A DNA stretch of 62,431 nucleotides, counting the filler, from Dimargaris cristalligena (lineage: Eukaryota), in assembly GCA_003614675.1 (NCBI GenBank). It is 9 parts of 9 records of this genome, joined end to end, with 100 filler letters (N's around TTAATTAATTAA, not from the genome) between each part and the next. Parts side by side here need not be neighbours in the genome. Positions count along the whole stretch, not along the records: positions 7,001 to 13,881 come from ML003474.1; positions 13,982 to 20,857 come from ML003475.1; positions 20,958 to 27,816 come from ML003476.1; 6 more parts are not named here. One strand, given 5' to 3'. The notes beneath the pieces are model-generated. The model was not told the DNA's origin. It made no database searches and worked only from the letters and a program-made list of their open reading frames with translations. Position numbers and translations under genes: made by a program. This document shows, one piece after another, positions 11,017 to 24,304 of this stretch (its first letter is position 1; every line of letters starts with the position of its first letter).

Positions 11017-13661
11017 GGCCGGAGTGTATTTTTTTAAAACGCACCAGAGGGACCAAGATAGAGGGGAGGTGCCAGCTACACTGGTACTGTAAACAAAAGC
11101 AAAAATAGGAGGAAAAAAACAAGAGGGTGGGCCCCAGCCAGGTGAAAAAATACTGTCGTCGGTCAGATAAGTGTGTCAGATATCTAAAGTGGAACCCAAA
11201 GCGGCCAATGCAGCCCACCGTTAAAAAAAACACTGACTGGAAGTCGACGACGATGTGGGGTAGTGGTTTTAATATGGGCCCAACAAATACATGGATTGGT
11301 ATTAGAATGTAAAGACGCTACTCAGAACTATATAGAAGCGGCAAATGATTAGAAATATGGAGGCAATTTGAACCCAAGTATAATATGAGTATTTTAGTGT
11401 GGTATTTCAAAAGACAAAAATGTAAAGATATGTCGTGGAGGAAAAAGTAATATTATGTGATGTATAATGTGTTACGCCAAGAATAGTATTGCAATAGACG
11501 TGCATTGTAGGCCAATTTACAATATCAGGAGCTATTTAAATCAATACAAACATATAAGGTGTAAATAAGCAAATGCAATAACAAGGTAATGAAAAAACAG
11601 GAATATAATAAACTAGTAGGAGAAAAGTCGAATAGAGGGGTCCGAATCAAGGCCAATATATATAAGCATATATAAAAATAGGTGTTTTTCACCAGGAAGA
11701 TGAAGTTAAGTAGATCACACTCAACCACCAACCACCCGTGGTGTAAGACACTCTAAAATACCGATTTCAGTATAGGCGAGGATTTGCATTCCTATATATT
11801 AGTACTGCTGGGCCCCCTCCACCTTCATATTCGAACGGAAACGGTCGTATATTAGGAAACGGCTGAAGACGGGATCGCCCGGACACACCCTCCAGTATAC
11901 TAAGAAAATCAACACCAAGTTCCAAGCCCATGAGAACCAGCGGCCAACCTTCACACTCCCACCATCCCCCCCCCCCACATCAATTGAATTTACCGGTTTA
12001 GCCAATAAAAATGGAACTCAGAAATGCCGAGTCTATGGATGGAAAATGGAGCCCAGATTTGTTTCAAGCTGTATTCCGATACTTTGACCTCACGGAATCA
12101 GCTCTAGGGTTTATAAACCTGCGGAATGAGAGAGATAGGGAGCGTGGGTATGTGAAAACAATACCTACTAGCCGATACCCTTAATCATCTTTCTCTTGGG
12201 GCTGCTACACCTATACCACTCAGCATCATGAATCTAACCTTTCGGGGGAAAGAGGACATAGTTGGTAATGGCGGAAATAACATACGAAAGAGAGAGTGAG
12301 TGGGTGGTGGATGGATGTACATGTGCCGCCAGCCGCCTATAGAATCAGAGCGTTAAAACCAGGATAATGTCTGGCGTAGATCGACATGGCCATCCAAACA
12401 AACGTTCCCCTCACCTTGCCTTCCAGCAGGTACGAAAAAAAAGGGGGGTGAAAGAATACTGCACGAAAGTATAGTTGCCCACACTGCTACCTCGTTGGTT
12501 ATCATCTATAACTTTAGCCTATGGTATGGGAATGCCATTATTGCAACTTGCCTGGGTCGTACAGCCGTACGAAAGATATCTGTATTGGTTTAGTACAATC
12601 TTGATAACCCTAGTATACTTCGAAGAGGTTTGCCAGCTTATGTCCGGCTCTTCACTGCCCTTCAGCTTAACATCAATGAATAGAGAATAAGTTTCTATTT
12701 AATCATTTCTGTCCAAAATTCACTTTGCTCTAAATACTACTGATGATCGGTATTAGTTCTTGTACGGGTTCTGATATAGTGAAAGCGATACACATAGAGC
12801 AGAGGCAATTCTTGGGAGGTATTGGTCATGTACTCCCCAATGTTGTTTATTGAGGGGAATTCCAATTTAATCAAACGTCCTGACAATCCAATCGAGTCGA
12901 GGAAATCCTCAATGAGGGTACATTACCTGGAACAGGGACGAAAACCGCCCAAATTAGAGGTGACCAAGATAATGTACCAATACAATATAGTTGTGTTTAC
13001 AAATAATGAATATACCCATTGAAGCTCTGTTGATGATATAGTCCAACAATAGTCATGTATCCTCAGTCACTAGAATTGCAACAACTGACCACAATATAGT
13101 AAAATATTTGAAGACAAAATAAGGCAATACTAAGCTGGACCAAGTTAATCCAGCCACTGTTTTTACACAGGAAGATTTGGGGGGCATGAGTGCCTTGGTT
13201 ACTCCATTTACCACCAAAATTGGTGTTATTATTATTGTATTTAAAATACTACTTGGAACAGTGATAATATATTGAGGTCATGAATAGGGAGTTACTTGGT
13301 GGTAAAAGCTGGTCTGTCCATTGAAAATTAATAATTTTGATATATTGACACAGTCTCCAGGGTCACTACCCATAGGGGGACAGACAAATAGGGACATTGC
13401 TCAGCTACACCCCACTCAGTTACATGCCTGTTCATTTAGTTGATCTGCAAAGGCCAGCCTACTGGTTTGCCAACTTCCTGTTCAGGACCATCCACATAAG
13501 GGAGGTTAAACCAAGGCAACTATTTCCAAAGGTAGAGTTGGGCATGGTGCCATATAAGTCTGGAAAATAATATTAGATACACACCACTTACATCCTTTAC
13601 TCACAAAAACAAGGGAAAATCACAAGTATTCAAACATATGGTGGTTGAGAGTGATGGGCAT

Positions 13662-13881
13662 TGTAAAGAACTGAACTCAAATCCTTGAAAACTGAACTTT
13701 ATTCAAAAAGATAGGTGATAAAAAGGGAAAGGTGATGATAGACTTGCTATTCCAAGAGGTGGCAGCAATTGGGAGTATTTATACTCAAAAAAGGAAGCCT
13801 AAATGAAAAGATAGATGAATAATAGATGTGGTGAACTTACCACATTTTTTACCTACTTTTATTTTTTATCTATTTTTCGCA
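13662..13881. mobile_element. LTR family A: 3' end (minus strand, 13662-13826) abutting a 5' end in the opposite orientation (13827-13881)
   Basis: 13662 TGTAAAGAACTGAACTC... matches the reverse complement of 55643-55751 and overlaps 1-33. Minus-strand TATAAAT and AATAAA are present. TGTGGTGAACTTACCACA restarts at 13827. Confidence 0.75.
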
Positions 13882-14292
13882 NNNNNNNNNNNNNNNNNNN
13901 NNNNNNNNNNNNNNNNNNNNNNNNNTTAATTAATTAANNNNNNNNNNNNNNNNNNNNNNNNNNNNNNNNNNNNNNNNNNNNGGTAAAGGTCCCGAAACCA
14001 CAAAATAGCACCCCTGTCGGTATATCTCGCAGACACCACATGAGAGATCCATATCTTCGTTAGCCTCATGGACAGTACCCGCCAGTACTATGACTTAGTA
14101 ATAAGGGTGACTATAATGAGCGCCCTCTCGTCTATATATAAGGTCTGGTCCTCCCACCTTTCTTTCAACCATCAATTAGACCCATCAACCCTCCATCCCA
14201 CCGACCTTTCTTCGCCCTTCCTTCTTCACGGCCACCCCCCCCCCCTTTACTCCACCCTCTCCTCCCGTTCAGCTCAGATCATTTTGCCGACC

Positions 14293-14502
14293 ATGAAGCT
14301 CCAGTCTGCCGCTGCCCTCACCCTTGTTTTCGTCCTGGCTACTGTCGCTCAGGTCCACTCTTCGGCCCCTGCCATGACCCACTCGCCCCAACTAGCCAAG
14401 CGTGGATTCCGCTCTGCTGCTGTAAAGGTGGGTGGTGCTTACCTCGGTTACAAAGCGGCCGGAGCTGGCATCAAGATGCTCCGAGAGAATAAGAAGAACT
14501 AG
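14293..14502 (+). CDS. 69-aa secreted prepro-peptide: signal peptide, pro region, Kex2 KR site, 32-aa cationic Gly/Ala-rich peptide
   Basis: MKLQSAAALTLVFVLATVAQVHS-SAPAMTHSPQLAKR|GFRSAAVKVGGAYLGYKAAGAGIKMLRENKKN*. ACCATG start context, TATATATAA at ~14133, pyrimidine-rich leader, C/T-ending codon bias. Confidence 0.85.
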   Translation: MKLQSAAALTLVFVLATVAQVHSSAPAMTHSPQLAKRGFRSAAVKVGGAYLGYKAAGAGIKMLRENKKN

Positions 14503-14944
14503 CCCAGCGACAATTGTTCGGCTGACCCTGCTCAGTCAATGATGATCGATTGCCGGCAGTATGCCAAGTTCGTTTGTATATGAAATATATATATAGTATC
14601 GCCATAACACCCAACACCCATTTTAGTCGATGGCCTCATTAGGGTATGTATCGTTCCATTATCCCCTCGCAATTTTATTAATTTTTGTAAATTTGTATAT
14701 CAGGTAACCGCCTCAGCTTGATTTCCCACTGCCTGACTTAGCACATGTAAATCACAATTTCCTTATAAAATTTGGTGTTTAGTCAATTCACTCTTTGGAA
14801 TCACATTAAATCCAATTGGGCACTCTAGTGGACTCTATTAAATGTATACATGGTTTTGTTTGCTACTTTTGACAGAGTCACATCATACTTGAAAAGTGAT
14901 TTGGGCATAGGTTTCTGGGAAATTTGCCATTGAAAATACCAATG

Positions 14945-15135
14945 CTACTGTATATAAGGGAAGAAAGTAGTAGGGGATGGTGGGTGCCTCCATTTTGTTG
15001 GTTTTCTTCAATAGTGTAGTCAGCAGGGGGCATCTTAAGTGGTTAAAATGAAGAATATATAATTACTAAAGATAATGACATAATAGGTCAAATCCAGGAG
15101 AGAGTAATAGAGCCATTGTGACATTTTTCAACATC
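14945..15135 (+). repeat. Dispersed repeat family E, copy 2
   Basis: Similar to ~5320-5510 and more CpG-depleted. Confidence 0.55.
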
Positions 15136-17599
15136 TCGGGATAAATAGGGGTTTTTACCCAATCACTAAAATTTATTTCATACAGGATATCAGTTCAAAA
15201 GCTTTCATCTGATTTGATTCCTACTATTTGAATTCCCGGATAATCATACTCGCCCAATGCCATCACCATCACCATCCCCTTCTCTATCCCATACCCGTCT
15301 TAAATCCCCTCAACTACCGCCTCCTCGTCGTTCAGGTATTTCTGGCCTCTCCCCTGGTCGTCTGTACCGAGATGTACAAGTTCCTTTATGTAACAATTCA
15401 GAAAGGTATAAAAATTATGTTCTTCAACCGTGGCACTATTGGTAGTCCCTCCCATATATTAGGGAGATACTATGTTCATTATAATCCTTCTGCAGAACTA
15501 GTTCTCCAACAGGGGGTTCCCTAACTGTTTCTCTGACCATTTGCTATGACGAGACCTGCCGACCCATGGTCCCCCACCTACGGCAATTAAATAACTGGGA
15601 TGTCGGTGCACTCGATCTGTGTTGTTCACCAGAGATTCGGGTTGGGCTTAGCTGATACAGCTAGTGGGCTACTATACATCATACAGACGGAGCTCTGGCA
15701 GCGGTAGGCACTTGCTAATAAAGGATTGGCAGGAAATTATGATTACCGAACTTCCGGGTACCGTCGCCTCCCCCACGAGACTGGCCGATATGAGAGGCCA
15801 CTGGTGTATGATCAGCCATCACGTGATTTAACCAGATCCGGTCTTTTCCTTACCAAAAGTTGCGGAGTGCGATAATGTGACAGTTTCTATTCGGGAACGG
15901 CGGTGGGTGTGTGGCCAATGCCTTCGCACGCGGAAGATGAGCTGGCGGCCCACAGTCAGGTACTGTTCGCCAAGTGAAACAGTGTTCCAGTGGGTGAATG
16001 GCCTGGCGGCTCTATTTTTGTCACCCATTGCCATTTGGGAGTCCGTAAATAGTTTTCGTCAGTTCAAGTTCCCTCTTTCCCATTGGAGCCATCTAAATCA
16101 TCCCTCGCATTTGGGAGGAGAGCCATCATTCAGTGAATGTAGTACGGTGCTACTCTTATTGGTGAAGAATAGTAGGGGAAGCTGGGAAAGAACATACTAG
16201 GGAGAAGGTCCAGCATGCCTCCAAGGCCGATCCTATCTACCTCTGCCAAACCGCCAACTTCTGGAAGCCGAATTGGGTCAATTAATAAAAAGCTACCCGT
16301 TTGGATCAGACACAATCTTTGGTGTCCTTGACAGGCACTGGCGGGCGGAAATATATCTATGGGTTCGTTCGCTACCCATGGCTCCTTGCCATGCATTTTG
16401 GTAGGGGAAAATACAGGAGAAGGATTCGAGGACTAGCCGTATCTCCCTCCTGAGGGAGATAGTAATACACGGGTGGAACCGCCTCGGCTGGCCATTCGTG
16501 TAGGGGTAGAATGGTGGAGGAGGCCCTGGTGCTTCATGGTCCCAGGCCTAGGCCATGGGCTATATATCCCTCGTCAGCCCAAGCTGTAGTGGTCACGCAC
16601 TCGGAACTGGACCAGACTCTTCTCAGCGCTTTAACAGCCCCCTTGCCTACCCATACGCAGCCAGCACCTTTCATGCCTTATTTATTGTCGTTTTATTATT
16701 AAAAGAACCAGCGCCTGACCTCGACCTGATTCCTCATAGTTGCTCCTGGCTCTTTGTTGCTCATCCCTAGCCTACCTTGGATAACCCGGTTCATACGGTG
16801 AGATATATATATATATATACCATTTTATTTACATAGCTGCTTCAGAGCGTCGAGCTCGACGGCTCTGCCCATACTTTGGAACCTTGTCTAAACCATTCCA
16901 TTGGCCCTGTGACACCTCAAACGACTCGCTATATGCGTATGCTTTTTTTGGGACTACAAGAAGCACACCGCCCCAGTGTAACTTTCCCCTCAGTAGTTCT
17001 ACCTTTCTTAGCCTTCTTTAGTTTCTCCCTATTATTATTCTCCCTCTTTCCCCCCAGGCGTGTAGTCTCTCTCACCTTTCGATAATACTATCCACTTCTA
17101 CATTTAGCTCTAACCTGGGCTTTACCGGCACTTGGTTACCCAACTAGCGGAACATCATATACCCCCCTGTTACCATTACCCCGTAGTACCCAACGAACCT
17201 CCTCCGTTTCTGGTAGCACTCCTTAGCTACCCGGCACTTTCCCGACTGGTTGGCTCCGTTTTAGTTTATTATCAATACCGTTTTTGCTTTAGTCCATATT
17301 TTAGACAACATGGCCGGTAAGTCCACCCATCCTCGAATGGGTTTCCCCATGCTACCTCATCAGCCCGTGGTCCGTTTCCGGGTAGGGCTGCCCATCGCCC
17401 TGCTGACCTGTACCCAGGAGCCCACCCTTATGGCAGGTTGCCGAGCCGCTGTTCGGCAATACAGCAGATCCCGGGGTTGCGAATCAGTTTTTTAGTCCTT
17501 TACATGCGACACAACCGGCTGTGGAGAGTTGTGATTGGGCCCGACCTTCGACTTGTCTCGCTTTGGACTTCAGGCCCTAAAGCATTTACCCGCTTGCCT

Positions 17600-20500
17600 A
17601 TGTATACCCACTCACTCCCTGCCCGATTACCCCACCACTCCTCCACAGATTTCGGCTTTGATTTTACAGACGAGGAATACGACGAACCCGTGGTCGCCTC
17701 TTCAGATAATGCCGGGAATAGCGACGAGCAACCCTCAGACGATTCTCCCGTTGATACTCGGAGTATAACAGTCGCCTCCGACGCCACCCCTTCCCCCACT
17801 TCACTCACCTCCCTGAGTAGTGAAGTCCTAGTTAATTCCATTGAGGATGCTTCTCCCAAAGGTAGGCCTTTATCAGTCCGCTCTCCTGATGGCATGGATA
17901 TGGATCTGCCTTTGCAATTGTGTTAGTACCCCCTTAACTATGGCTGTCTAGCGCTGGCTACAATTTGGCAGGGCTAAATTTACTAATCAACCACTACCTC
18001 GACTTATCTACCGACCCCCCCTTCTGTATCCCTCTTGAAATCCCAGTTTTGGAAGCGGTATTGCCCAACCAATTTGACGAGGGCGACTTGACTCCTATCG
18101 AACGGCTGTGTATTCGTTCGCAGAGCTCCCTTCCTTTCTTACGGTAAGTGACATCCCTTTTTCTTTGGTATTTCCACTGAATGTCTGTTAATCGGCCCCT
18201 TTATATGGCCTTTTAGAAAAGCCCCGGCTGGGCCGTCGAAGGGGGGGTGGTGTTTGGTAGCTGATTGTCAAAAGCTTGCCCAGTACCAAAACGGTGAGAC
18301 TTCCGTATCCTTGGGCACTGTTTTTCCTAACCCGTTCAGCCGCCTTCTCGTATTCACTGATTGCCCTCGCTTCTTTGTTTTGAACCATCAACCACGGCAG
18401 TGTATGGGCCGCTCGCGAAATCAAAAATGTCCTCCACTCTTCCCCAGTCGCCGATATTCTCACCACCATATTCCCGGTGGCCTTCCAGCTCAGTATGGAC
18501 AAAGGTATGCGTCTCGAGGAAAGGCTGTTGCTATTAGGCATGGTTGGCATACTTGCCTCCCAAATGGCCATTTTCGTTCTTTCGATTGGCCTCTATTCGC
18601 TGGACTGCATCTATATTTCCCAATTAGGGTTTTCAAATAGCTGCTAACATGTATTGGTTTATTCTGGTCTATTTTTTAAAATACCAAATATTATCCGTTA
18701 GATCGATTCGTCCGGGAAAATTTTAGCTGTGATTTATTGCCTCTATTCCTGTACTATTATAAGGTAATATCGTTAGTCGAATTCTCCTTAGGAGGATCAT
18801 GTCAGAGTGCTTTCACTCAGTCTAATGGGCCGTGTTATTAACCCTATAGCTATCTGTACGCGTCACCCAAGTTTGAAACCCAGTGCCTTCATTTGTTAGC
18901 AACTTGCCCAATCCGTCGTTTTTTTTCTTATACGTTTTCCATGTTTTATTATTATTATTATTATTATTGCAAATCCATGGGGCGATTCCTTCCTCAGCAC
19001 GGACACGACCGGAAAACATGCCCACCTGTATCGCCCCTAACCGAAAACACTGCCTTATCCCAAGCACTAGCGGAGTCTGATGATGCGTCCCCCACCAATG
19101 GGTCCCTCGAAAACCCCATTACACATTCCCTTTTCCACGACTGGCTTGAAACCATGCTCCTGGATCCCAGCGTCATCGTTGTCAACGGGGTGCAGGCTGC
19201 ACTCGTAGAACTGGGCCACACTATGGAGTTTGACCTGTATCACACGGAAGTGATTCACCACACTATCCTAAGGTTGGTCAAGTCGGTGATAAAGTCCCGG
19301 CCACCCTCCATTGACATACTGACCGATAATATTCTTTCTGCTGCATTCCTCAACTCCAATTCGGAGTTGGAAGACAAGGCCCTTCGCCGAAAATTAATGG
19401 CCCTTAAACTCATACGCGCCCTGGTGCAGAAATTCGGGTCAGGGCTCAAACCGGCCGTCTTTGTCCCGACCATCGAAAAGACCGCCCAGGATCCCTCGTT
19501 TGAGGTTCGGCGTGACACCGCCTTTACGCTGGGTGAATTGTCCTATGCCTTATCCTACGACTTGGTATTGGAAGGCATATTCCCAATCTTCCAAAATCTC
19601 ATTCAAGACACCAATTGGCAGGTCCGACATGCGGCCGCTCATATTGCATTGCCTAAATTGGCAACCGTCCTGACGGGCTCCCAATGGGCGTCCCCCCAAA
19701 TCACGGTTGGGCCGGGCCGGGCTCTTCATACAGGGCCCAACGGCCCCAGCCATCCGGGTAATGCCTCACTCCCGGCCGGCCAGTCCCCACACTTACCCCC
19801 GCCTGCCCCACCCGTAGCGGCTAAGGTCTGGGCCCAGATTATTGAGCGCCTTTTGGGCAGTCGGGAAGTCAGTTACCCGGTCCAGACCTCTGTATTTGAA
19901 GTCATTGGCCAGTTGATGGTGGCCTTCCAGCACATGGACAAGGTCAAAGAAATTCTGGTTCGCTACTACCTCAGTGTGGTTGAAAGTGCTGTGGACCAGG
20001 ATGTGGTGACCACACCCGAGCTCATTTTCCAATGCGCTTACAACTTTCCGGCCATGCTTTTTATCATGGGTGTCAGCCGTTGGGACGAACTCGCGGACGC
20101 CTACTTGGCCTTAACTAAATTCGACCATTTTGAAGTGCGCAAGACCCTGGCCCACTCCCTACATGAAGTGGCCAAACTATTGGGTCCGGAATTTGGGGAA
20201 CAGTACCACGAAAAAGTATTTGGCTACTTTTTGGTCGATTTGGACGAAATTCAATTGGCTGTAGTGGCTCACCTCACAGATTTTCTCGATTGTCTCTATC
20301 CCGTTGCGCGCGAGCGTTGCCTCCCCCAGATTCTCGAGGTGTTCCAGCACGAAGGTAACAACTGGCGGGCCCGGGAGACCATGGCCCAGCAACTAGCCCC
20401 ACTGTGTCGACTCTACCCTGAACGCACTGTTGTTCGTCATCTACTCCCGTTGGCCGTTCATTGGGCCAAGGATCAAGTTGCAGCCGTCCGGGCAGCCGCC

Positions 20501-20857
20501 GCCAGTGCCTTTCCGGTCATCTTTGACATGACCAAGGAGGACCCGGGGCTTCAAGTACAGTTCTTTGAAAGTATCATTCAATTCCGGGCCGCCACTACCT
20601 TCCGGGCCCGCCTATTCTTTATCCAAATCTGCGAGGCACTTCTGACCCAGCAGGTGGACGCTACAGATTTCGAGCAGTTCTTTTTACCAAGTTTGTTAGC
20701 CCTAGCAAACGACAAGGTATCCAATGTACGGATTGCGGTGGCCCGGACGCTCAAGCGCTTACTTCCTGCCCAAACGGCGATGTCGGCAGAACCAACGGAG
20801 GATACAAAATCGAGGTCGTCGTCAACTCAGTCCTCACCCCGATCATCGACTAATTCG
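17600..20857 (+). CDS. PPP4R1: HEAT-repeat protein phosphatase 4 regulatory subunit 1-like, 3'-truncated (exons ~17600-17921, 18048-18143, 18401-18503, 18702-18763, 18998-20857)
   Basis: GT-AG introns join in frame. HEAT motifs DPSFEVRR, DTNWQVRH, DQVAAVR, DKVSNVR; PP4R1-like CAYNFPAMLF, VRKTLAHSLHEVA, NWRARE. Start codon uncertain. Confidence 0.8.
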
Positions 20858-22683
20858 NNNNNNNNNNNNNNNNNNNNNNNNNNNNNNNNNNNNNNNNNNN
20901 NTTAATTAATTAANNNNNNNNNNNNNNNNNNNNNNNNNNNNNNNNNNNNNNNNNNNNCCTGGAGAAGCCACCCTGCCCTTTTGATATATTTTTGTTGTTC
21001 ATTTTAGTGGCCTGACACCACCACACTGTGACACCGTCGCCGGAGTTTGGACGATCCACGATGGCGGAGCTTTAACAGAACGGTCGAAGGTAAAATAATA
21101 TAAGATAACTAGTAAAAAGTGAAATCTTGACCTCCGGTTGAGGTCTTCGATTACTGCTGGGGTAAAACTGCTGGGTGAAGTTAAAAGTAGATATTTATTC
21201 TGAATAATAAAAACTTATCTCGGTGATAACTTGCCGTTTTAAGGGCCGACTTGGTGCTACATATTTATAGCAACGTGTAGATGTGAACATAAACTCATAC
21301 TAAAACTTTCGGACATCGTCCGCAGATGGACTAACCGCCATAAAACTGCGAAGGGAAAAACTGGCGGGGTCTTCGAGTTCAACGAATAGCGGAAAAGGAA
21401 GGAAAGAAAAATAACGGAAATTGGAAGACAAAAGATGTCTTCGGATCTTCCAACGTTCTCGTGTGAACAGTATATATATATATGTACGTGGAAGTGTTGA
21501 GTTCCACTCGTAGGTCTCGGAGTGCTCAATCCATGGAAGTGGAGTTATTCACTTTTACCGTCCAGGAAGCGGAAAGGAACTCGTTTTCGGACGAGGATTA
21601 ACCAACATAGGTCTTCCGAATACTCATGCAAGGGTGTAACTGTAGCATGCGCAAGGATCACATGACGAAGGTCGCGACTAGTTTGTCTTGTGGAGAGGAT
21701 AACCCATCCCAACCCATGTCAGTACATATGGCGCTATTCTATAGGCAATACATCTATTGTAGTATAAAGCTATTCAGAATAAACGTCAACCCGACAAGCT
21801 TAAGCAATGCCACAGTGCCTAATGATAAAGCAGCTTGCACGGCCATTGCTGTTAAAAAAATGACATTGTGTCCCATATGGCTGCCGATCCCCCCTAACCT
21901 ATGCGGTTCATTCTAGCCCATTCACAAAATAGCCAAGTGGGCGAACCACATTATTACTGTAGTTAATCTAGCCTCTAAAATCCCCAGAAGGCAAGTTTAA
22001 TTCGCACGACTTATTGGCGACCCTGCGAAGCAGTAGTTGTTTGGGAGCGCCGCCTTAATTTTTTTAATAGAGATCCGCCTACACCCGACCCCCATAGCCT
22101 CGGCTTTATATTTCCTATTTGGATCACCCCCCTATACCACTCAAATATATAAAAATATATTCCTGAAAACCCCAACGCAACTGACCAATAGGCTGCCCAT
22201 GTCACGCATCTAACACCGTCGCTATTGTGCTTCAGCACATCACAAGGAAAAGGAATCATTAATTTTATCCCAGAAACTAGGTGCATTAAGGATATGCGAG
22301 CCTTCTCCCCGCCCCTTCCATAAACCCTGAAGAAGTACATCAAACATAGTGGCAATTCCCAATCCAGAGAGCTCTACGTATAGAAGAGAAATACAAATAA
22401 ATAGATTTATATATTATAATAAATGGGGGAGATGGGGGGGGGGGATCAGGTGCACAGATTAGATACAGTCAATGTCCTAACGGGAAAGTGTAAGGCAAAG
22501 GTAGGCGCGGAATAGGGAAAACTAGGGACGAAGGTGTCAAATAGACAGGGTAGGCAGAAACGGAGTGGATTAAACGTATTGAGTTGCTAATCCGAGGTAT
22601 ATGGAAGAAACTCAAGCGGCAGGTTACAAAAAGAGGGAAAAAATAATATAGCCAAGGTGGTTTATATTATTAATGTTTTTTTT

Positions 22684-24304
22684 TTACGGTGGAGATTGAC
22701 CATTACCGCGCCCACGCCCCCGACCCCGACCACCCCTGCCTCGACCCGCCCAAGCTCCCGGGGGCACGTGTCCTCCCCCAGGGCCAGAAGGAGCGGTGTT
22801 TAAGAGAACACCCGCGGGATTGGCCATAGTGGCCGGTATGGCTCCCGCCATGGCGGCGGGCTGGGTGTACATTGAATGGTGGTAATATTGGGTTAAATTA
22901 GGGGGTACCGTATTGGCTGGGAATCCCCCAAGGCTGACCGGATTCACCAAGGCGGCGGGATTGATGAGACCCTGCCCTGCGTAGACGGGGTCCTGGTAGT
23001 CGTACATGGCATACTGAGCAACAGGGTTGGCACTGGGTGGGATGGGCATATAGGTAGGGGCAACAGCGGTGGTTGCCATCGTTGTGGCTGAATAATCGAC
23101 CGTCAGACTGGCGCCATTATTGGCGGGATTGATGGCCTGGGCTATATGGACAGACTGGGTTGCATTCACATGGGGTGGTGGAACTGTAATCGCATGGGCC
23201 GGGTTAGCGGAGGGATCAGCTGAAGCCGAGGCGGTTGCTGTAGTGGGCATTGGGGATGTACTGGCACCATTTTCGGTTTTTACCGGAGAAAGTTCGGCTG
23301 AAGCCGCAGTTTTATGCACCGACATTTCGTCTGGTAAATCGGGCACGGCGGCAACTACGTCTTTGAGGAAATCGAACTGTTCATTGGCATTGATGCAGCG
23401 TTTTCTGTAGGTAGGGAATATTATGCAAACATAGGGGAATCAAATATGGGTTAGTTGAATTGATTCGTACATGAAGAAGAAAACGTATAATAAACCATAG
23501 CGGGAGTGTTTGGTTCGATCACATAAAACGTACTAAAGAGGGTACACTTACAGATGGGCTGATGACATTCGTTTGGAGTTCCTGAAACGGGTTTCCTCGC
23601 ACGAGCGATCAATGAGCGACTGCATAAACATTTCAAGGGATTTGGCTAATTGCGAGGTAATGGAAAGTAGTTGAGTTAGATAGAAGAGTAGTTGGGGAGA
23701 TGCTGTTAGGTGATGTGGACTAAAGAACGCTATATGACATGCGAGACATTTAACTACGTGGTCAACTAAATTCCAAGGACCAGTTACAACAGGGGAGCTC
23801 TGGATAACCTACCCACTAAAACAGGTGTGGCCTGGGCCATTTTGCCAACATCTTCGTCCATCTGCATGATCTTCTTGATCCGGGCCTAGCAAAATGCATG
23901 GCATATATATATATATATATATATATAGGGGGCATATATTATAGTCGAAGTTGAAAACGTGACGCTGGGTCAACGACGATACTGGGGGCGAACATGTGGT
24001 AATAAATCGTACGGGATAGATAGCCCTCCTGATGCGATGGCATGGATAGCTATAATACCCGCCACCTTTTTGCATGATTAAATGACAACTAGGTCCGCTT
24101 CACGGTAGTATATAGTTTTTTGTAAAAGGACGGGGATAAACTGAAACCCGTGTAAGCCCTGATTGATGAACACTATACACCGCGTTAGTTTCAAACCCCA
24201 GGGGAATCTCAAATGAAATATTTTAGGGTTAGTGAGAAATGTAGCCAACGAGGCATTTCGAATAAACTTACCACCGGGAATTTGGTCTTATGCTTCTTCC
24301 GCAT
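22684..24304 (-). CDS. BUR6: NC2 alpha subunit (histone fold) with low-complexity C-terminus (exons 24304-24272, 23885-23813, 23645-23552, 23404-22684)
   Basis: Spliced product [47 protein letters not shown]...MSSAHLKRCINANEQFDFLKD matches the DRAP1/Bur6 signature; canonical splice sites. Confidence 0.93.

Noticed and set aside
14068-14292. 144-aa ORF extension upstream of the peptide gene (likewise 2453-2632 and 51747-51935)
   Set aside because: These extensions run through promoter or pyrimidine-rich leader sequence; the downstream ATG fits better.
20958-21002. Minus-strand MNNKNISKGQGGFSR running off the contig edge
   Set aside because: Only 15 codons are visible; cannot be supported as a gene.
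23905-23926. (TA)n, (TTA)n and poly-G microsatellites (also ~16803, ~18947, ~52998, ~62302)
   Set aside because: Ordinary intronic or intergenic simple repeats.
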